DNA from: Octopus vulgaris
Taxonomy: Eukaryota
Reading direction: 5' to 3'
DNA length: 64,000 nucleotides
NCBI GenBank assembly: GCA_951406725.2
Contig: OX597816.1
Span: 65,348,001 to 65,412,000 of the forward strand
Shown: in pieces, positions 12,121-27,574 of the stretch
Layout of the letters: every line of letters begins with the position of its first letter
How positions within the stretch are numbered: position 1 is the first letter of the stretch
Program-made: the position numbers and the translations under genes
The notes under the pieces: generated by a model
The model's database searches: none
Told to the model about the DNA's origin: nothing
Seen by the model: the letters and a program-made list of their open reading frames with translations, nothing else

Positions 12121-12856
12121 TTTTGACGCAGCATATCATATTTATTTCTAGTCCTAGCACTTTAAACTTTTATAGTTGTCATTAATATTGTATTTTATAT
12201 AATAATCAGTTTTCCCAACCAGTTCAATATACTCCAAAGATAACGCTCATAAAAAATTTATGTCTGAAAGACATGATAAATTGTTCTTAAAAAACAAAAC
12301 AGTTGTTTATTATGGCCAGATGTAAGAAATAGAAATCAAGCGATTACACTTCAAGAATAATGTTGTAAAACCATACAACACTATTATTTCTGTCTTGTCT
12401 TTCAGAATTATTCTCTCTAAAGTAATAAATATATCTATTACGTAGTAGTGTCAGTCGAAACAAGTTTTCCAACTCGTATGTTATTGTTGTAAAAATCATT
12501 GAATATATTTTATGTTGACCTTCTTAAAACCAAGAATCCTCATATCTTTTATGTTGGTGAATGAATATAAAACGCAAGACAATCGCTATCATGTATTTGA
12601 GTCATAAATAGATTCTGTACAGTCTTCTCCAAACAATGCATAGCCCAATATGGAAGCCACTAAATAGTCATGTAATCTGTATTAAATAACAACAGAATAA
12701 AACAGGCATCTGTAAACAGCTGAGGAAAAAATGGCCGAAAGGTTGCGATTATAGCAACCAATATTTGGATGCTAGACTTTATTATTTGTATTAGTTGTTG
12801 AGCAAAGTTGTATTAATTGTTGAGCAAAGAACAAAATGCTATATTATCACAAGATG

Positions 12857-13085
12857 AGGGCAGCGAGCCAGCAGAATTGTTAGCAAGCGGGAACGCCGAA
12901 CAAAATGCTTAGCGGCATTTCGTCCGTCTTTATTTTCAGAGTTCAGATTCCGCTGAGGTCTGACTTTGCCTTTCATTCTTTCAGAGTCGATAACATAAGT
13001 ACCTGTGGAGCACTGGGCTCAATACAATCGACTTACTCGCTTTCCTGAAATTACAGCCCTTGCGCCAAAGTTTTGAAACAAATTT
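12857..13085 (+). mobile_element. SINE-A, diverged monomer
   Basis: Head, B-box and CCTTTCATTCTTTC core recognisable. Confidence 0.75.
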
Positions 13086-13419
13086 ATAATAGGACGTGTC
13101 ATAACTGATGGTTTCTATGTTGTCACGAAAGAGAGAGCGACATTTTCATACTGTCTACAAACTGGCATAAGTTCTGTCTTAAATTTTTTATTATTGTTGT
13201 CATACCAAATGTAAATAGCACCGGTTTTAACTATTTCTTGCCTTAGTGGTCAGGAGACCGGGATTTTTGTGGGGCTTCCTTGAGTAGTTCTCGTATGCCT
13301 CCCCAGTTTGCGAGAATCTTTCTTTGTTTTACATTCCTCGTTTTTTATGTTTGCTATCTCTTTTCTTTATGCGATCGCTGTGCCCACCTCGAGCCACAAA
13401 CCAACCCGTGATTAATAAA

Positions 13420-13930
<511 letters not shown>

Positions 13931-14377
13931 AAGAGACCACTGGATTGGTAGAACCTTTGGTGACGTCATAAAAAATATCTTCGGGATATTTGTATCGGTC
14001 TTTTATATTCTGAATTCAATTCCGCCGACGGCAACTTTACGTTTCATTTCTCTAGGGTCGTCCATGTGATTGATTAATACTATACCGTCAAAAATTGCTT
14101 GTCTTTTGCCTAAATGTGAAATGTTTATTAAGATGAGATAGTGTTAGGTTATGCTGTTTGCTCCAAAAAAAAAAAAGAAACAGAATTTCATTGTTTTAAT
14201 CACTTAATACGTTTACTTTCTACTGTTTACTTATTTCAGACATTGGACATCGGCCATACTGGAGCACTGTCTTGAAGGATTTGTAGAACAAAACTATCCT
14301 AGTACTTATTTCATAAGTGTGGTACTTATTCTAGTGAGTCTTCATTACCGAACTGTTTGGCTAGGATGCGAGTGAGT

Positions 14378-14605
14378 TGAGAATAAACCGAAAGGTAGAG
14401 AAAATAGTCCTCGAATACCAAAGGCAGAGTAATACAGTATTTATTAAAGCCGAAAATTTTTTTCGCAAACTGTTACTCAGAGTTTCATGTGACCGTTCGT
14501 CGGACAGTTGTAATGATACTTTATCATCACAAATGTCCGACGTACGGTCACGTGAAACTCTGAGTACCAGTTTGGAAAGATTTTTTCGGCTTTAATAAAT
14601 AATAA
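14378..14605. mobile_element. Penelope-like inverted repeat with two hammerhead motifs (CCGACGA core)
   Basis: Imperfect ~68-bp inverted arms 14438-14506/14534-14601; motifs at 14468-14509 (-) and 14531-14572 (+). Confidence 0.75.
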
Positions 14606-15525
14606 TATATATAATGTTATCTTATCGTAAAAAGGTGTTAAAGGTATGAAAAACAACTTATCTGTTCAGTGTCGCCATCTATCAGGATTCCCAGACATCG
14701 ATGTTTCTAGCTCGTTGGCTTTTATCAATGGGAATTACGTAAGAGAGGTAACTCTGAACAGATCTTATAAAGCGATAGCTTTATGCAAAATACAGTCAAC
14801 AACGTTGACTGTCTAGCGCTGGTAGATCTCTGAGCAGTCGACTTTGTATTTCGTCAAATGTGTTATTCAAGTATTTGGGCTGGTAGTTTCTTAGATTTCG
14901 GAAACACATCATTTATTTCATAAAGTTTAAGGAATAATACTTCATAATATTATGGTTGTGTGTATGTATTTCTTTCAAACCCTTGACCTTAATGCACAAT
15001 CTGTATTTATTTCATGTTTCAATTTTATAAGTTTAACTAGCTCTAAGAATAGAGTGGTATACACATACATGAAAACATATCATATGAAAGTACTCTAAAT
15101 GGAGTGACTCGAGAATATTATGTCACACTTAGAAAATACAGCAGTCCCAACTCTCCTCTTACAACAAAACAGTATCCCACAATGCATTTCCAGTATCGGT
15201 TTATTCCAACATTTGGGGTTTTTCACCGGTCTGTAGAATTGTACCCATAGACGTTAAAACCTGCATGATACTGACACTAAGTGGGAATCCCCGCAAGAAC
15301 AGTGATATCGAGAGATTCTACCTAAGAACTAAAAAAGATGCAGAGGTTTGAAATCGGTGCAGACAGCCTTCGAATGCCGTGCAGTCTTAAACAACACCTC
15401 TTGAACAACATCAGTAAAAATAAGTAGATTAACTTAGTGCTGAAAAGTCAAGACAACAATATCCTATGTATCGGCTGCTCTCTCGTTCCCTCACTCTTTG
15501 TATCTCTCTCTTTCTCTCTCTCTCA

Positions 15526-15572
<47 letters not shown>

Positions 15573-16194
15573 GACCTCCCATGCAATCCCAAAACAGCGG
15601 AACTAACATGCTTCAAAGAAGACCTGGATGTGAAACGCTCATCATACCAAAAATAGACCATACATAGGTATGTTTCCCGAGGACTCGAAAAACACAGAAA
15701 TACTGAGAAGAAGCGAAACCATTTTTTGGACTCGTGACCACTACATCACATCACACATCGAAGACTATGCACTTGAAATCCAAGAATAAAAAATTGCTAG
15801 TAAATACCAAATAAACAAAAGAGACACTGAAGTATTTGGAGTTCCAAGATGCAACCGAAAATGTAGAATACGTCATAATATCTGTGCAAAACACCGCACA
15901 TGGGATTAGGAGCTGCCCAAAAATGTCGTCAAGGTACAAACTCCCTATCAGACATGACGTTGTCGCAAAATAATAGACAATGCCATCCAGGAAAAGTCTG
16001 TCCTGGAATAAATACAGGGACCCCCACCTCCATCCTGTTATTAAATGCGTGTACAAACACCAACAAAAGGAATACTGGTGGAACATTCCCATCAAAACAT
16101 CTGTCAAGTGTACCCGGATATTGTTATTTAGAACAGACAAGAAGTATATACCATCATAGATGTCAGTTGCCGTGCTGAGTACCTTAATTCTCTC

Positions 16195-16589
16195 GATAAA
16201 CGACGACGCCGTGGTGATCTCATTCTCGCTCACAACATCATAAGCGGAAAGTGTAACCTCTCAAAAGAGCTGTTCTTCACTCCTGCTCCAGGACGTGGGA
16301 TGCGGGGTCACTCCGAAAAGCTCTATCTACGACGATTTCATCTCAATTGAAGGAGAGGGGCTTTCTCCGTACGGGTTGCGGATCCGTGGAATAAGCTGCC
16401 GGACGAGATAGTGAAGATGCCAACGACGGCTCGGTTCAAAGTCTCTCTTGATCAGAAGTGGCCTGAACTCTTTGTATGAATACCCTCTCTGTACATAACT
16501 CCATGTCCTCCTACATGGCCTTGCTTTTGCTTTTTGAGCCAAAAAAATTAAATTAAATTAAATAAATTAAAAAATTAAAAATTAAAAAT

Positions 16590-16590
<1 letters not shown>
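16195..16590 (+). mobile_element. CR1-like LINE 3' end
   Basis: KRRRRGDLILAHNIISG..RGHSEKL..FSVRVADPWNKLPDEIV..FKVSLD (CR1 ORF2 C-terminus), short UTR, (AAATT)n tail. Confidence 0.85.
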
Positions 16591-16644
<54 letters not shown>

Positions 16645-18289
16645 CTGAGCTCCACATTCTACCAACATCCGAACGCTTCTGCGTTAGTTATTCACTTGGC
16701 CTAACATATCGATTAATATGACAGCGATCCAACGAGCCAACGGGCCAACGTGATAGCATTTGCGAAGTCATTTGACTTGCTAGAAATAATTGTCAAATCT
16801 CCCTTCTACCTTAGAAAGAAGTGTCACCCTGGATACTGGAATTTTAAATATATTACGTATGGAGAAAAAAGGAAGTGACTTCCATTACTGAAATGGTCCA
16901 CTCGATCATCTTTCGCTTGAGATTAAACAACAGAAGCAGCTACAAAAACAACAGCAACAACGCGTCTACAGTCTGGGTTTTTTTATTTTTTATTTTTAGA
17001 TTAGTTTGAAACAATATATTTATTCAACATCTCAGATCGATTATGAACAAGAGCAAACGTTGAAGAGCAAGCATTGGTAACTTCAGCAACGACAGCGGTA
17101 GCAACAGTAACACTTGCAAAAACAGCAATAACAAGAAAACAAAGTCATTAACAGTAGCAGTAATAGAGGAAAAGTACGACGCAGACATAAGTGAAGTAGT
17201 ATCTTGTACTGTCGACATTTTAAACAGCCATTCACAATCTGAATATGCAGATTTGGTGAAACAGATCAGCACGCTATAAATATGGAAGGCAAATCTACTT
17301 ACACCTAGTAAACCCGCAATAAATCAGTCTTGTGAATCTACAGTAAATATGTCTACACTTTGAAAATTGGTGAAATATTTGTTTTCTAAGGTAATTTGAT
17401 TTTCATTAATTTTGTAAACTGAATTTGATCTGTAGTTCAGATTTGAAGCTAAAACAGTACTTTCTAACATTTTAAGGGCGACTGAACGTCTCTTATTCGC
17501 ACCAATTAGCAATAATGTTCTTTAATTACCATATAAAAGATTGATTCCTTGCATAGGCTCAAAGCTGCAAATCTTTTAGAAGGGGAAATGAGATGTAACG
17601 CTTATATTTTTCCGATATGCATTATCAAGTGAAATAGAGACGATTATAACTAAGAATAGAAACGAGGCTGCAACCCCGGTTCACCGGGATCATATTTAGG
17701 ACTGCACTCATCATCACTATCATGAATAATATTAGTGTCTTAGTTCAAGGTGGCCGACTATACAGAGACTAGAAATCGCAATCAAATCTCCTTCAAATCA
17801 CACCCTGATGCTCTAGAAGCATTGCTGAGTTTAACCATGTTCGCTCCACATCCATGTAATTCCCGGTTCTATCCCATTACGTGGCACTTTGGGCAAGAGG
17901 CATTTGACCCACAGATTATGACTGAGAGTCTTTGAATGTCACTCTTGTGTGTGTGTGTGTGTGTGTGGGTGTGTGTGTGCACGCGCGCGCGCGTGTGTGT
18001 GTGTGAGTGTGTGTACACAGTCGTTTAGTTAGAGCAAAACGCAATGTCCATGGCCTCATTATTTACAGATTCATCGTGAAAGAGAATTTTAGGAAGATAA
18101 AGACCTGAAAATATAATATGCTAGTCATAAACGAACAGCCTTTGATTAGAGGTCGGTTAAGTCTGGACTGACCTGAAATTAATCACCAGTACTACAGCAG
18201 AACATATTTCACTATATATATATATAAGCTCGATATTTGAGAGGAAAGAAATATTGACGTGTAGACAATCATGCTTTCTCCTGGAGCAT

Positions 18290-18902
18290 ACTATCTACTA
18301 TAGGCACGCGGCCTAAACTTCAGGAGAAGGGACTAGTCAATTATATCGACCCAGTTCCCAAATGGTATTTATTTTATCGATCTCGGAAGGATGTAAGGCA
18401 AAGTCGACCTCGGCAACAATTGAACTCAGAGCGTAAAGACGTAAGAAACACCGCCAAACATTTTTATCACGCATGCTAACGATTCTTTTTTTTTTTACTG
18501 CCCACAGAGACTACACACAGAGGGGACAAACAAGGACAGACAAGCGGATTAAGTCAATTACATCGATCCCAGTGCGTAAATGGTACTTATTTAATCAACC
18601 CCGAAAGGATGAAAGGCATAGTCGACCTCGGCGGAATTTGAACTCAAAACGTAGCGGCAGACAAAATACCTATTTCTTTATTGCCCACAAGGGGATAAAC
18701 ATAGAGGGGACAAACTAGGACAGACAAACGGATTAAGCCGATTGCATCGACTCCAGTGCGTAACTGGTACTTAATTTATCGACCCTGAAAGGATGAAAGG
18801 CAAAATCGATCTCGGCGGAATTTGAACTCAGAACGTAACGGCAGACGAAATACGTCTACGCATTTCGCCCGGCGTGTTAACGTTTCTGCCAGCTCGCTGC
18901 CT
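18290..18902 (-). mobile_element. SINE-A composite (two young units + one old unit)
   Basis: Repeated GTCGACCTCGGCGGAATTTGAACTC units. Confidence 0.85.
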
Positions 18903-19409
18903 TTTCCTCTAGCAACATTTGCAAGGTAATTGAAATGAAATGAGTATAAGTGAATTCAAATCTTGGCTTAAAGAGTTATTCCTCTTACCACGGTCCTCAC
19001 TCTGCTGTATCTACGGAATATTAATGAAAAATAATTAAATATTCAATCAGACCCAAAATAGCTGTTTAACATTTTGGGTTAGTTTACACACATTATGAGA
19101 ACTTTACTTCACTATTTAAATTAATCATAAGCTAGTCAAATAAAAAAAGATTGCATTCTAATAACACTAAGCACACAATTTTAAGTTGAACTTCGTACAA
19201 CTGTCTTTGAGCTTTATTCGTTTCAAAGTTTAATCAATATAGTCATTATGCTGATAACAAACAACAGTAGTAAATTCATAAAAGTCACTAAAGTTAAATT
19301 ACATATTGGTGGTCACGAATATTAAATTTTGAGATTGTTCAGAGAAAATATACAGTAATACGATAAAATACAGGATATGAAGTTCTGTGTCAACAAAAAT
19401 TTATACCGT

Positions 19410-19775
19410 TAGGCAGAGTAGGTGTGTGGTTAAGAAGTTTGCTTCCCAACCACATGGCTGCAAGCTCAGTCCCACCACGTAGTACCTTGGATAAGTGCCT
19501 TCTACTACAGACTTGGGTCGACAATAGCCTTGTGGGTGGATTTGGAAGACGAAGTCTGAAAGAAACTCGTTTTTTGTGTGTGTCCTGCTACCACCGCTTG
19601 ACAACCTGTGACGATTTGATTACATACCCGTAGTATAACGACTCGGCATACGAGACAGAATAAGTGCCAGTTTTAAAGTAAGTACTGGGGGCGGGGAGGT
19701 TTGTTCGACCAAATGCTTCGATACGGTGCCCCAGCGTGGCCGCAGTCCACTTACTGAAACAATTAAACGACAAAA
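19410..19775 (+). mobile_element. SINE-B, diverged
   Basis: Similarity to 3333-3690 along its length. Confidence 0.8.
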
Positions 19776-19849
19776 GGTTGAAGATGTGCATCAATACAGT
19801 ATAATACAAATTACAAGGCTCTGAGTTAGCAAAAATACATACATATACA

Positions 19850-19990
19850 TACCAAAGACAAGATGGCGAGATGATCTCACCCGCAACCTGTGGCCTACAT
19901 GGTCAGCACTGGCCAGAGATAGGTAGAGGTGGAAGGAGTTCAGGGAGGAGCTTCTCCTTCAGGAGTGATGAAGCCCTGGATGAGACAGCA
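19850..19990 (+). mobile_element. RTE-like LINE 3' fragment
   Basis: PKTRWRDDLTRNLWPTWSALARDR.RWKE matches the RTE C-terminal RPxxRWxD...W...AxDRxxW pattern. Confidence 0.65.
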
Positions 19991-20870
19991 ATACGGTAAA
20001 TTAGGGGGCGGTTCAGTGTTAGGAAAGAATATACCAACAGGATAGTTTGTATAAGACCTCAGTGAGTTGATTTACTTCGAGGAGTGAATCAATTGCTCTT
20101 CTTCAAGAATGACATATAGAAATATTATCTTCTAGGTTGCCAGGCTGCGAATGAGAACATGGGAGAAGTAGAGAGTAAAGAAGTAAGGTATGGGAAGCGG
20201 GGTAGAGTTCAAAAAGATTGTGGTGGGGGGGGGGGGGCGAATAGGAATGAGTGTAGAGTAGATGCTATGTGATGGAGAGAAAGTAAAGCGTTATGAACGG
20301 GGAGATCACGGTTTGGGGAGAGAGAGTGAGGGCTGTCAGTCAGGTGATGTTGGAGACAAGCGAGAATACATGGGAGTGGGGGAAGGGGCGATGGACAAAA
20401 GGATATTTACACAATAACTGAGGCATTTGCAAAAGCAAGGCGGTGGCGGTGGCGGTGGTGGTGGGCGGCGGTGGTGGTGGTGGTGGTGGTGGTGGTAGTT
20501 GATAAATGAAAAAAAAGAATATGAGAGGAATCTGTGGGGAATGGTCAGCAAATAAAGAATTAAAAGGTCAAAAGGGAAATAAAGAAATGAAAATCAATTA
20601 TCTGTAAGGATTGTACGAAAAATTATGAAAGATGCAAAGGCAAGAGAAGGGAGGCAGAAATTCATAAAATGTGAGAGCGAATGTACGTGACAGTGTGTGT
20701 GAGCGCGCAGGAGCGAGTGCATGCGAGCATGTGCGTGACGAGGAGGTGCGAATGGAGGGAAGCGTTGAAATAGTAAAACTAGACTAAACATACTAATATT
20801 GCACAGACAACATATGCGCAGTTTGAGCGGGAATAGCTCACGATATTTATGATCGGTCGATATGTATGCA

Positions 20871-21222
<352 letters not shown>

Positions 21223-21269
21223 GCTTCTTTATTAGCCACACAGGGCTGAACACAGAGGGGACAAAAGCC

Positions 21270-22240
21270 ACGGAAAGGAATCAACAGATTCTCGTCCCGG
21301 TTGACCTGGACCCTCGGAAAGGAACCTTCGCTTTTTAAAGAGAATTGTGGAAAACGAACCCCATTCGAATACTTCTGACATTGCAAAACAGCTGGAAGTT
21401 AATCCAAGAACGTGTTACATATTTGCATAAGCTTCGGTATTATGGACGAGCAGCTAGTAAAAACAGCTTTCCTTCAACCAGTTAACATCATGAAAAGAAA
21501 GAACTGAGCTAAGGAGATGTCAGAAAAATCCAGTTCATTTTGGGATAGAGTGATTTTCTCAGATGAATCCAGATTTGCATTATTTTCAGACAGTGGATGT
21601 TTGGGTCTTGAAGCTTCCCAATCAAGAATTTGATTTGAAACGACTCCAACCAACTGTGAAACATGGCGGTATCTCTGTAATGGTATGGGGAGCTGTCAAC
21701 AGCAATGGTCGTTTCGAGCTGATCGAAATGTGTTGGAACCATAAACTCTGAAAAATACATCGAATTACTTAAGCAAGGACTACTTCCGATGTATTTGCAC
21801 GATAGCATAACGAAAAATGAGTTTTTATTCGTGGAAGATGAGACTCCATGCCACACAGCGAAAAGGAATCAACAATGGCTAACTGAAAATGGGATCAAAA
21901 AGCTTCCTTGGTCGAGCCAATCTCCTGACATGAACCCAGTTGAAAATCTTTGGAGCATACTAGATAGGGCTATACGAAAACCTCGACAGAAACCTAAATC
22001 AAAAGATGAATCGTTTCGAGTGTTGCGTGAAAAGTGGGCAGAAGTTCCACAAGAGACAAACACAAAGCTCATCAGTTCAATGCCAAAACGAGTTTCTAAA
22101 TTAAATCTGCAAAGGAATTTCAACGAAATACCAAAGTATGTAGTCCTACCTATCGATTACATTTCAGTTGTTTGCTTTGCATATTAAATAAAAGATTTTG
22201 AAAATTAAAGGTGTCAATTTACTTCCTGCATGTCTGTGTA
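21270..22240 (+). pseudogene. Tc1-family (DD34E) transposase remnant
   Basis: WDRVIFSDESRF; PTVKHGGISVMVWG; FVEDETPCHTAK; WSSQSPDMNPVENLW; frameshifted. Confidence 0.9.
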
Positions 22241-23242
22241 TATGAAAACTAATGTGTGAAACGGAGACAAATTTGAGATTTTTACTTTTTTTTTTCACTA
22301 AAATGAATTGCGACTAGTTACGCTCGTTGTGAATGGTAATTGTCTCCTACGTTACTTCCCGATGAAAAATGGGTACAAGAATTGAAGATCTTAGCTTGAT
22401 AACTTGAGTGTTTTGTTCTTGTTGTTGTTTCTCTTTTTTCATTTATTTCTACGTCTCACAGTTACGTGCTTTTATGTCGCTTCTCAAGATAAAGAACCGT
22501 AAAGAGACTTTACCCGACATTAAACACATTGAATGAAGCTTAAATCGATGAGGCATATAAATTCTGAACCAGATCATTTACATTTATTACCACTTACGCT
22601 TGCACTATAGGATTTCAAAATAAAATATTCTAATATTCTTCTGTAATTCTATAGGGACAGATACACTAACGATACATTTTCATGCGTGTCACGAGAAAAG
22701 GTATTTATTTTATATGCACATTTATTTACATATAAATCCCTAAACAGTTTAAATACCACATTGTTTCCTAAAAATAAAACGTTTATGTGAGAAACTTGAC
22801 ACTCGACCAAAATACACCATGTGATTCCTATAAAACGCTAAATCTGAAATGGATAAAATTCTTAGACTGTAATACGGCTCTTAGACAAGCTCTTAAAATA
22901 GTTAATATATGCCGCTTTGTGGTCTTAATGTCCAGTCTTTGGAAGCAAATTTCTAGTTGAAGATGTATATAGCTGCCATGGATATCATTAACCACACTTT
23001 GGCAATTTTATTCAGTTCTTTTATAGTTCTTTTTTATTTCCTCTATGTTGGAAAGAAAACGATATCATATTTGATAACGTCTGAAACAGTGGAATCTGAA
23101 TCCATCTGCTAACTTATTACTCTCTTTTCAAACATACCACAACCAGGTAAGCTAACTAGAGAATTTCTATGCACTAGATATAGCAGCCAAATCTACCGCT
23201 AATTACCTCCTACTGTATTAAATAAAATATACATTGTACAAA

Positions 23243-23840
23243 GGCGGCGATCTGGCAGAAACGTTAGCACGCCGGGCGAAATGCGTAGCCGTATTTCGTC
23301 TGCCGTTACGTTCTGAGTTCAAATTCCGCCGAGGTCGACTTTGCCTTTCATCCTTTCGGGGTCGATAAATTAAGTACCAGTTACGCACTGGGGTCGATAT
23401 AATCGACTTAATCCGTTTGTTTGTCCTTGTTTGTCCCCTCTGTGTTTAGCCCCTTGTGGGCAATAAAGAAATAGGTATTTCGTCTGCCGTTATGTTCTGA
23501 GTTCAAATTCCACCGAGGTCGACTTTGCGTTCATCTTTTCGGGGTCGATAAATTAAGTACCAGTTACGCACTGGGGTTGATATAATCGACTAAATCCGTT
23601 TGTTTGTCCTTGTTTGTCCCCTCTATGTTTAGCCCCTTATGGGTAGTAAAGAAATGTGTTTATGTCTGCCGTTACGTTCTGAGTTCAAATTTCTCCGAGG
23701 TCGACTTTGCCTTTCATTCTTTCGGGGTCGATTAAATAAGTACCAGTTAATCACTGGGGTCGATGTAATCGACTTAATCCGTTTGTTTGTCCTTGTTTGT
23801 CCCCTCTATGTTTATCCCCTTGTGGGCAATAAAGAAATAA
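23243..23840 (+). mobile_element. SINE-A tandem trimer with target-site duplication
   Basis: Three units; AATAAAATATA(C/T)ATTGTA at 23221-23238 and 23840-23857. Confidence 0.92.
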
Positions 23841-25659
23841 ATAAAATATATATTGTATAATGCAGCCTTACAAATATAAAAAGACAGATCGACTATGACT
23901 GGAACGCCTTTGACCATAGATCTCTTCTATCGGGGCTTGCTTTGGGTTAAGCAACAAAAACAAAACAACAGACCCTTTCTCTATGATGTGAGTGTTAGGA
24001 GAATAAACAGATCAAATATCAATGCGCTCCACTTGTGGAGTATCTACTACAATGGTTCTCAAACTTTTCAGACTGCTGCCCCCTTGGTTCCCTGGCCATA
24101 TTCTCATCCCACGCACAGACACTAACAACACATGCACACACACACAAACGTTCACCTCCTTCTACTGCAAATTCGAAACAACTATATTTCTCTAATAAAA
24201 ATTAACCTGATAAACCCATTAGTTTGCCATTTTTGCAATATGGAAGAATAAATTTGGGTCCCCCTTGTAACTACTTTGTTTTCGTCATTTCAATAGAACG
24301 GATGTACTTGGTACAGGTATATCGGCTTCCCAACATCATGCTGATAGGTACCAAATAAATTCCAGAGATATTATTAGCCTGTTTCTTGATTTAGAAACTG
24401 AATAACTGCACTGAAACGCCGCTCTACTAAATATGTATTTACGAACGCAATAAAGTAATACTTTGTTCCACAGTGCACAGTAACAGTCAGAAATGCCCTT
24501 CGGTAACCCAAAATCCTGATATGGCCTCATCTGAATGTATGTTCTTTCCCCGATATTCTTGTTTCCTGGTGGTTGGTATATGTGAATGGATTGATCATCC
24601 AGACTGGTATTTTAAGCAATAAAGACAAGAAAAAAAAAACAGAAAATATCCTGCAGTGTGTAGCTCGTCCAGATGTGAACAATAGACTTAAACGTTATCT
24701 TCTGCTACGCTCTCTTCCTTCTCCAGTTCAGGGAGGCTCGGAAACTGGAAGACTTCCCCGCGACTGAACCTGTAACCATGTAGTTACAAAGCGATCTTTT
24801 TAACTACACAGTCACACCTGCACTAATATCATAAGTACATATATATGTTTGTGTACGCGCGCGCGAGTGTGTTTATGTGCGTGTGAGTGTATCGCTGTAC
24901 AACGGTATCGACTAGATTATATATCGCTGGTCACAGTGCCGTTTCTATCTCCTTCTTGACTGCACCATTCTTTTCCATTTTGAACCAAATCACTTAACTA
25001 AATCGTTATCCTATCGTCATAAAGGCCTTCCAGTGACCTTTTTCCCTACAATGTAGTTATGATTATGAATGACATTATTGTCTGTACTATATACTCATGA
25101 TCACGTGATGGATGCTTTAGTTCGCAGTGTCGTTATGGCCATAAAATAGATCTCATACCCTTTACAAAGCTGGTTGGTATAGTCTGCACTATGTAGTTGT
25201 GATCAGGGAATATTAATACTTTGTTGTAGAGAGCCAGACGTAGATGTTTTGCATTTAGACCTTGTAATTTAACAGTATTTAAGTGATACCTGACAATGAA
25301 CAGCAGTTGGAGGTACATCTTGAGTATCATTATTATGTTTAAAGTAAGGTGTTATAAGGTGTTACGTTTAAGAGGAGTCGTATACGAAATATTTACATCT
25401 TGCTATATTTAACAGAAGTTAAGTGTTACAAACTTACACTATATTTAACAGCTGTTGGAGGTTATAAATGTATGTCTTTGGTATCCTTATATTTAATGGA
25501 AGGTGCTATAAGATATATTTAAAAGGGGTTGGATGGTCTTATATTTATGGAGAGTTTGTTGTCATAATATAAATCTACACAATATTTTATTACTCCTCAT
25601 CAAATTTTGTTTTGATATCAACATCTGTTCTAAGAGTTTAATCTTGCTTCCCTCTCTCT

Positions 25660-25712
<53 letters not shown>

Positions 25713-26319
25713 CAAATATTTCTGTGTCCTTTCTCTCAGTATAGTAGTATTTGAGGTGTTATCGTTAAAACCTGTACAGTACTTATACCTATTAGCTCTT
25801 CAGTTATATTACTGTACCTTATTCTTATTGCTGTTTACACATCAACCCTTTATAAAATTGTTGTTTATGTTCCTTTTATGAATGTTTCTCTTTTGCTTGT
25901 ATATATCTATAGTTTTATAGTTGCTATAACAGTCGTCTGCTATCTATCTTTTCACTCTCTTCAACAAATATTTTCTCTGCTATTGTTCTGCATTAATATT
26001 ATGCGTTATTTTGATTAACTCACACATATTTTCTTCAGTTTTTGTTCAACATCATTATCAGTGGGTTCCCTATTGTGTAACGACGAGCATTAGGTATCGC
26101 AATGAAGAATACAATGATTCCAGGGTATATTACACTTGCTTTAATAAATATCAACACAGTCTGATTTATGACTTTAATATGGAGTCAAAAGAAGAAAAAA
26201 AAACGGTGTGAACCGAGAAAAGAAACAAAAATTCCTTAAACATTTGAAGTATTATAATCTTAGTTTTATAAAACTGGTTTTCTTATCGAAACGTCAACGT
26301 AGTTTTTGTAGCACAACCT

Positions 26320-26465
<146 letters not shown>

Positions 26466-26776
26466 AGTGGTTGTAAATATGCTTGGTGTTTGTTGATATG
26501 TTTTCGTTGTTGTGGTGGATACGTTTTCATGGTGGTGAAATGTAAACATTTATATTCACTCCATGTCTAATTCATTATTAAAGCCAGACTTTAATAGGAA
26601 AATCCGGCAATTTTACGCCAGTTTCTTTTACATTATTGTCATTTCCCGCGCTCCATGTGTTAGGATTTTAAAGTTTGGAACAAGTCTAATTCAGAAATGC
26701 TTTCTGAGACTAAAAGCAAAATTAAGTTCATCCAAAAGATTTTTCCACAAGTGAACTGGAGTTGTGATATATATCA

Positions 26777-27574
26777 TCTCTCTATATATAAACGGCAGTT
26801 TGTCTGTCTGTGTGTCTGTGTGTCTGTCAGGTTGTACCCTCACCCTGACCACGGCTTTCAACCGATTCTGATGAAACTTGACACACACATAGCCCAATGT
26901 CATAATTCAAAACTGACGCAGCGAAAATTTTGAAAAGTTCCCCCAGTTCTGAAAACAATCGATGAATTCGACATGGGGTCGAGAATCTAAGCTTTTTATA
27001 TGCAACACATTTTTTGTTGTAGTTTTCGCAACTTGCAATCGATTTTCACCAAATTCATGGTGAAGCTTAATGTTACCCTAAGAAACTTAATTCTGATGTT
27101 AGTTTTCCATGCAATACCTGACCATCTGAAAAAATCGATAAAATCATGCCATTTTGGGAAATCGCGTTCAAATTCAAGATGACATCTTTTCGACAATATC
27201 TTTCACAAATTGGCAGGAATTTTTTTTTTAATTCACAGCGAGCATCATGTCTGCTCCAAGGAGCTATATTGCCCTTTTTATTCCAATAGGATACTTTATT
27301 ACTGGAAAAAATCGGTTAATTAAATCATATGTGGCACACATAGCAAACCGATTTGTGTATTAAACACAAACTGTCTAGGAGACACAACTCGACCTTTTTA
27401 TCGCCCAAAGGGACAGCTAGGAACATTCGTATACACAGAAGTATTCGAGTGAAGAGAAGACATTGCAACCTACACATGCGCCTTCGTTCCCTAGAGGGAA
27501 AGGACTAGATTGGGATTAGTCGTTGCCTACTAGGGGCTCTTACATACCCGGGCAACGCCGGGCTATGCTGCTAG
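26777..27574 (+). mobile_element. Non-autonomous Helitron-like element
   Basis: 5' TCTCTCTATATATAAA followed by GTCT-rich repeats; 3' hairpin CCCGGGCAACGCCGGG then CTAG; A^T insertion. Confidence 0.85.

Noticed and set aside
15570-16190. ORFs 15751..16233 and 15900..16178
   Set aside because: No recognisable motif; possibly a very decayed LINE, but unsupported.
17024-17512. Short ORFs in unique-looking DNA
   Set aside because: Low complexity, no domain and no clear splice structure.
20010-20190. Possible further PLE endonuclease remnant (LEEEQLIH.., minus strand)
   Set aside because: Too short and degenerate to support.
23026-23152. Possible exon ending CAG|GTAAGC
   Set aside because: Stops in all three frames from the nearest acceptor and no recognisable protein.
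23243-23840. SINE-A multimers as hammerhead retrozymes
   Set aside because: No CUGANGA-type core with suitable stems found on either strand of the unit.
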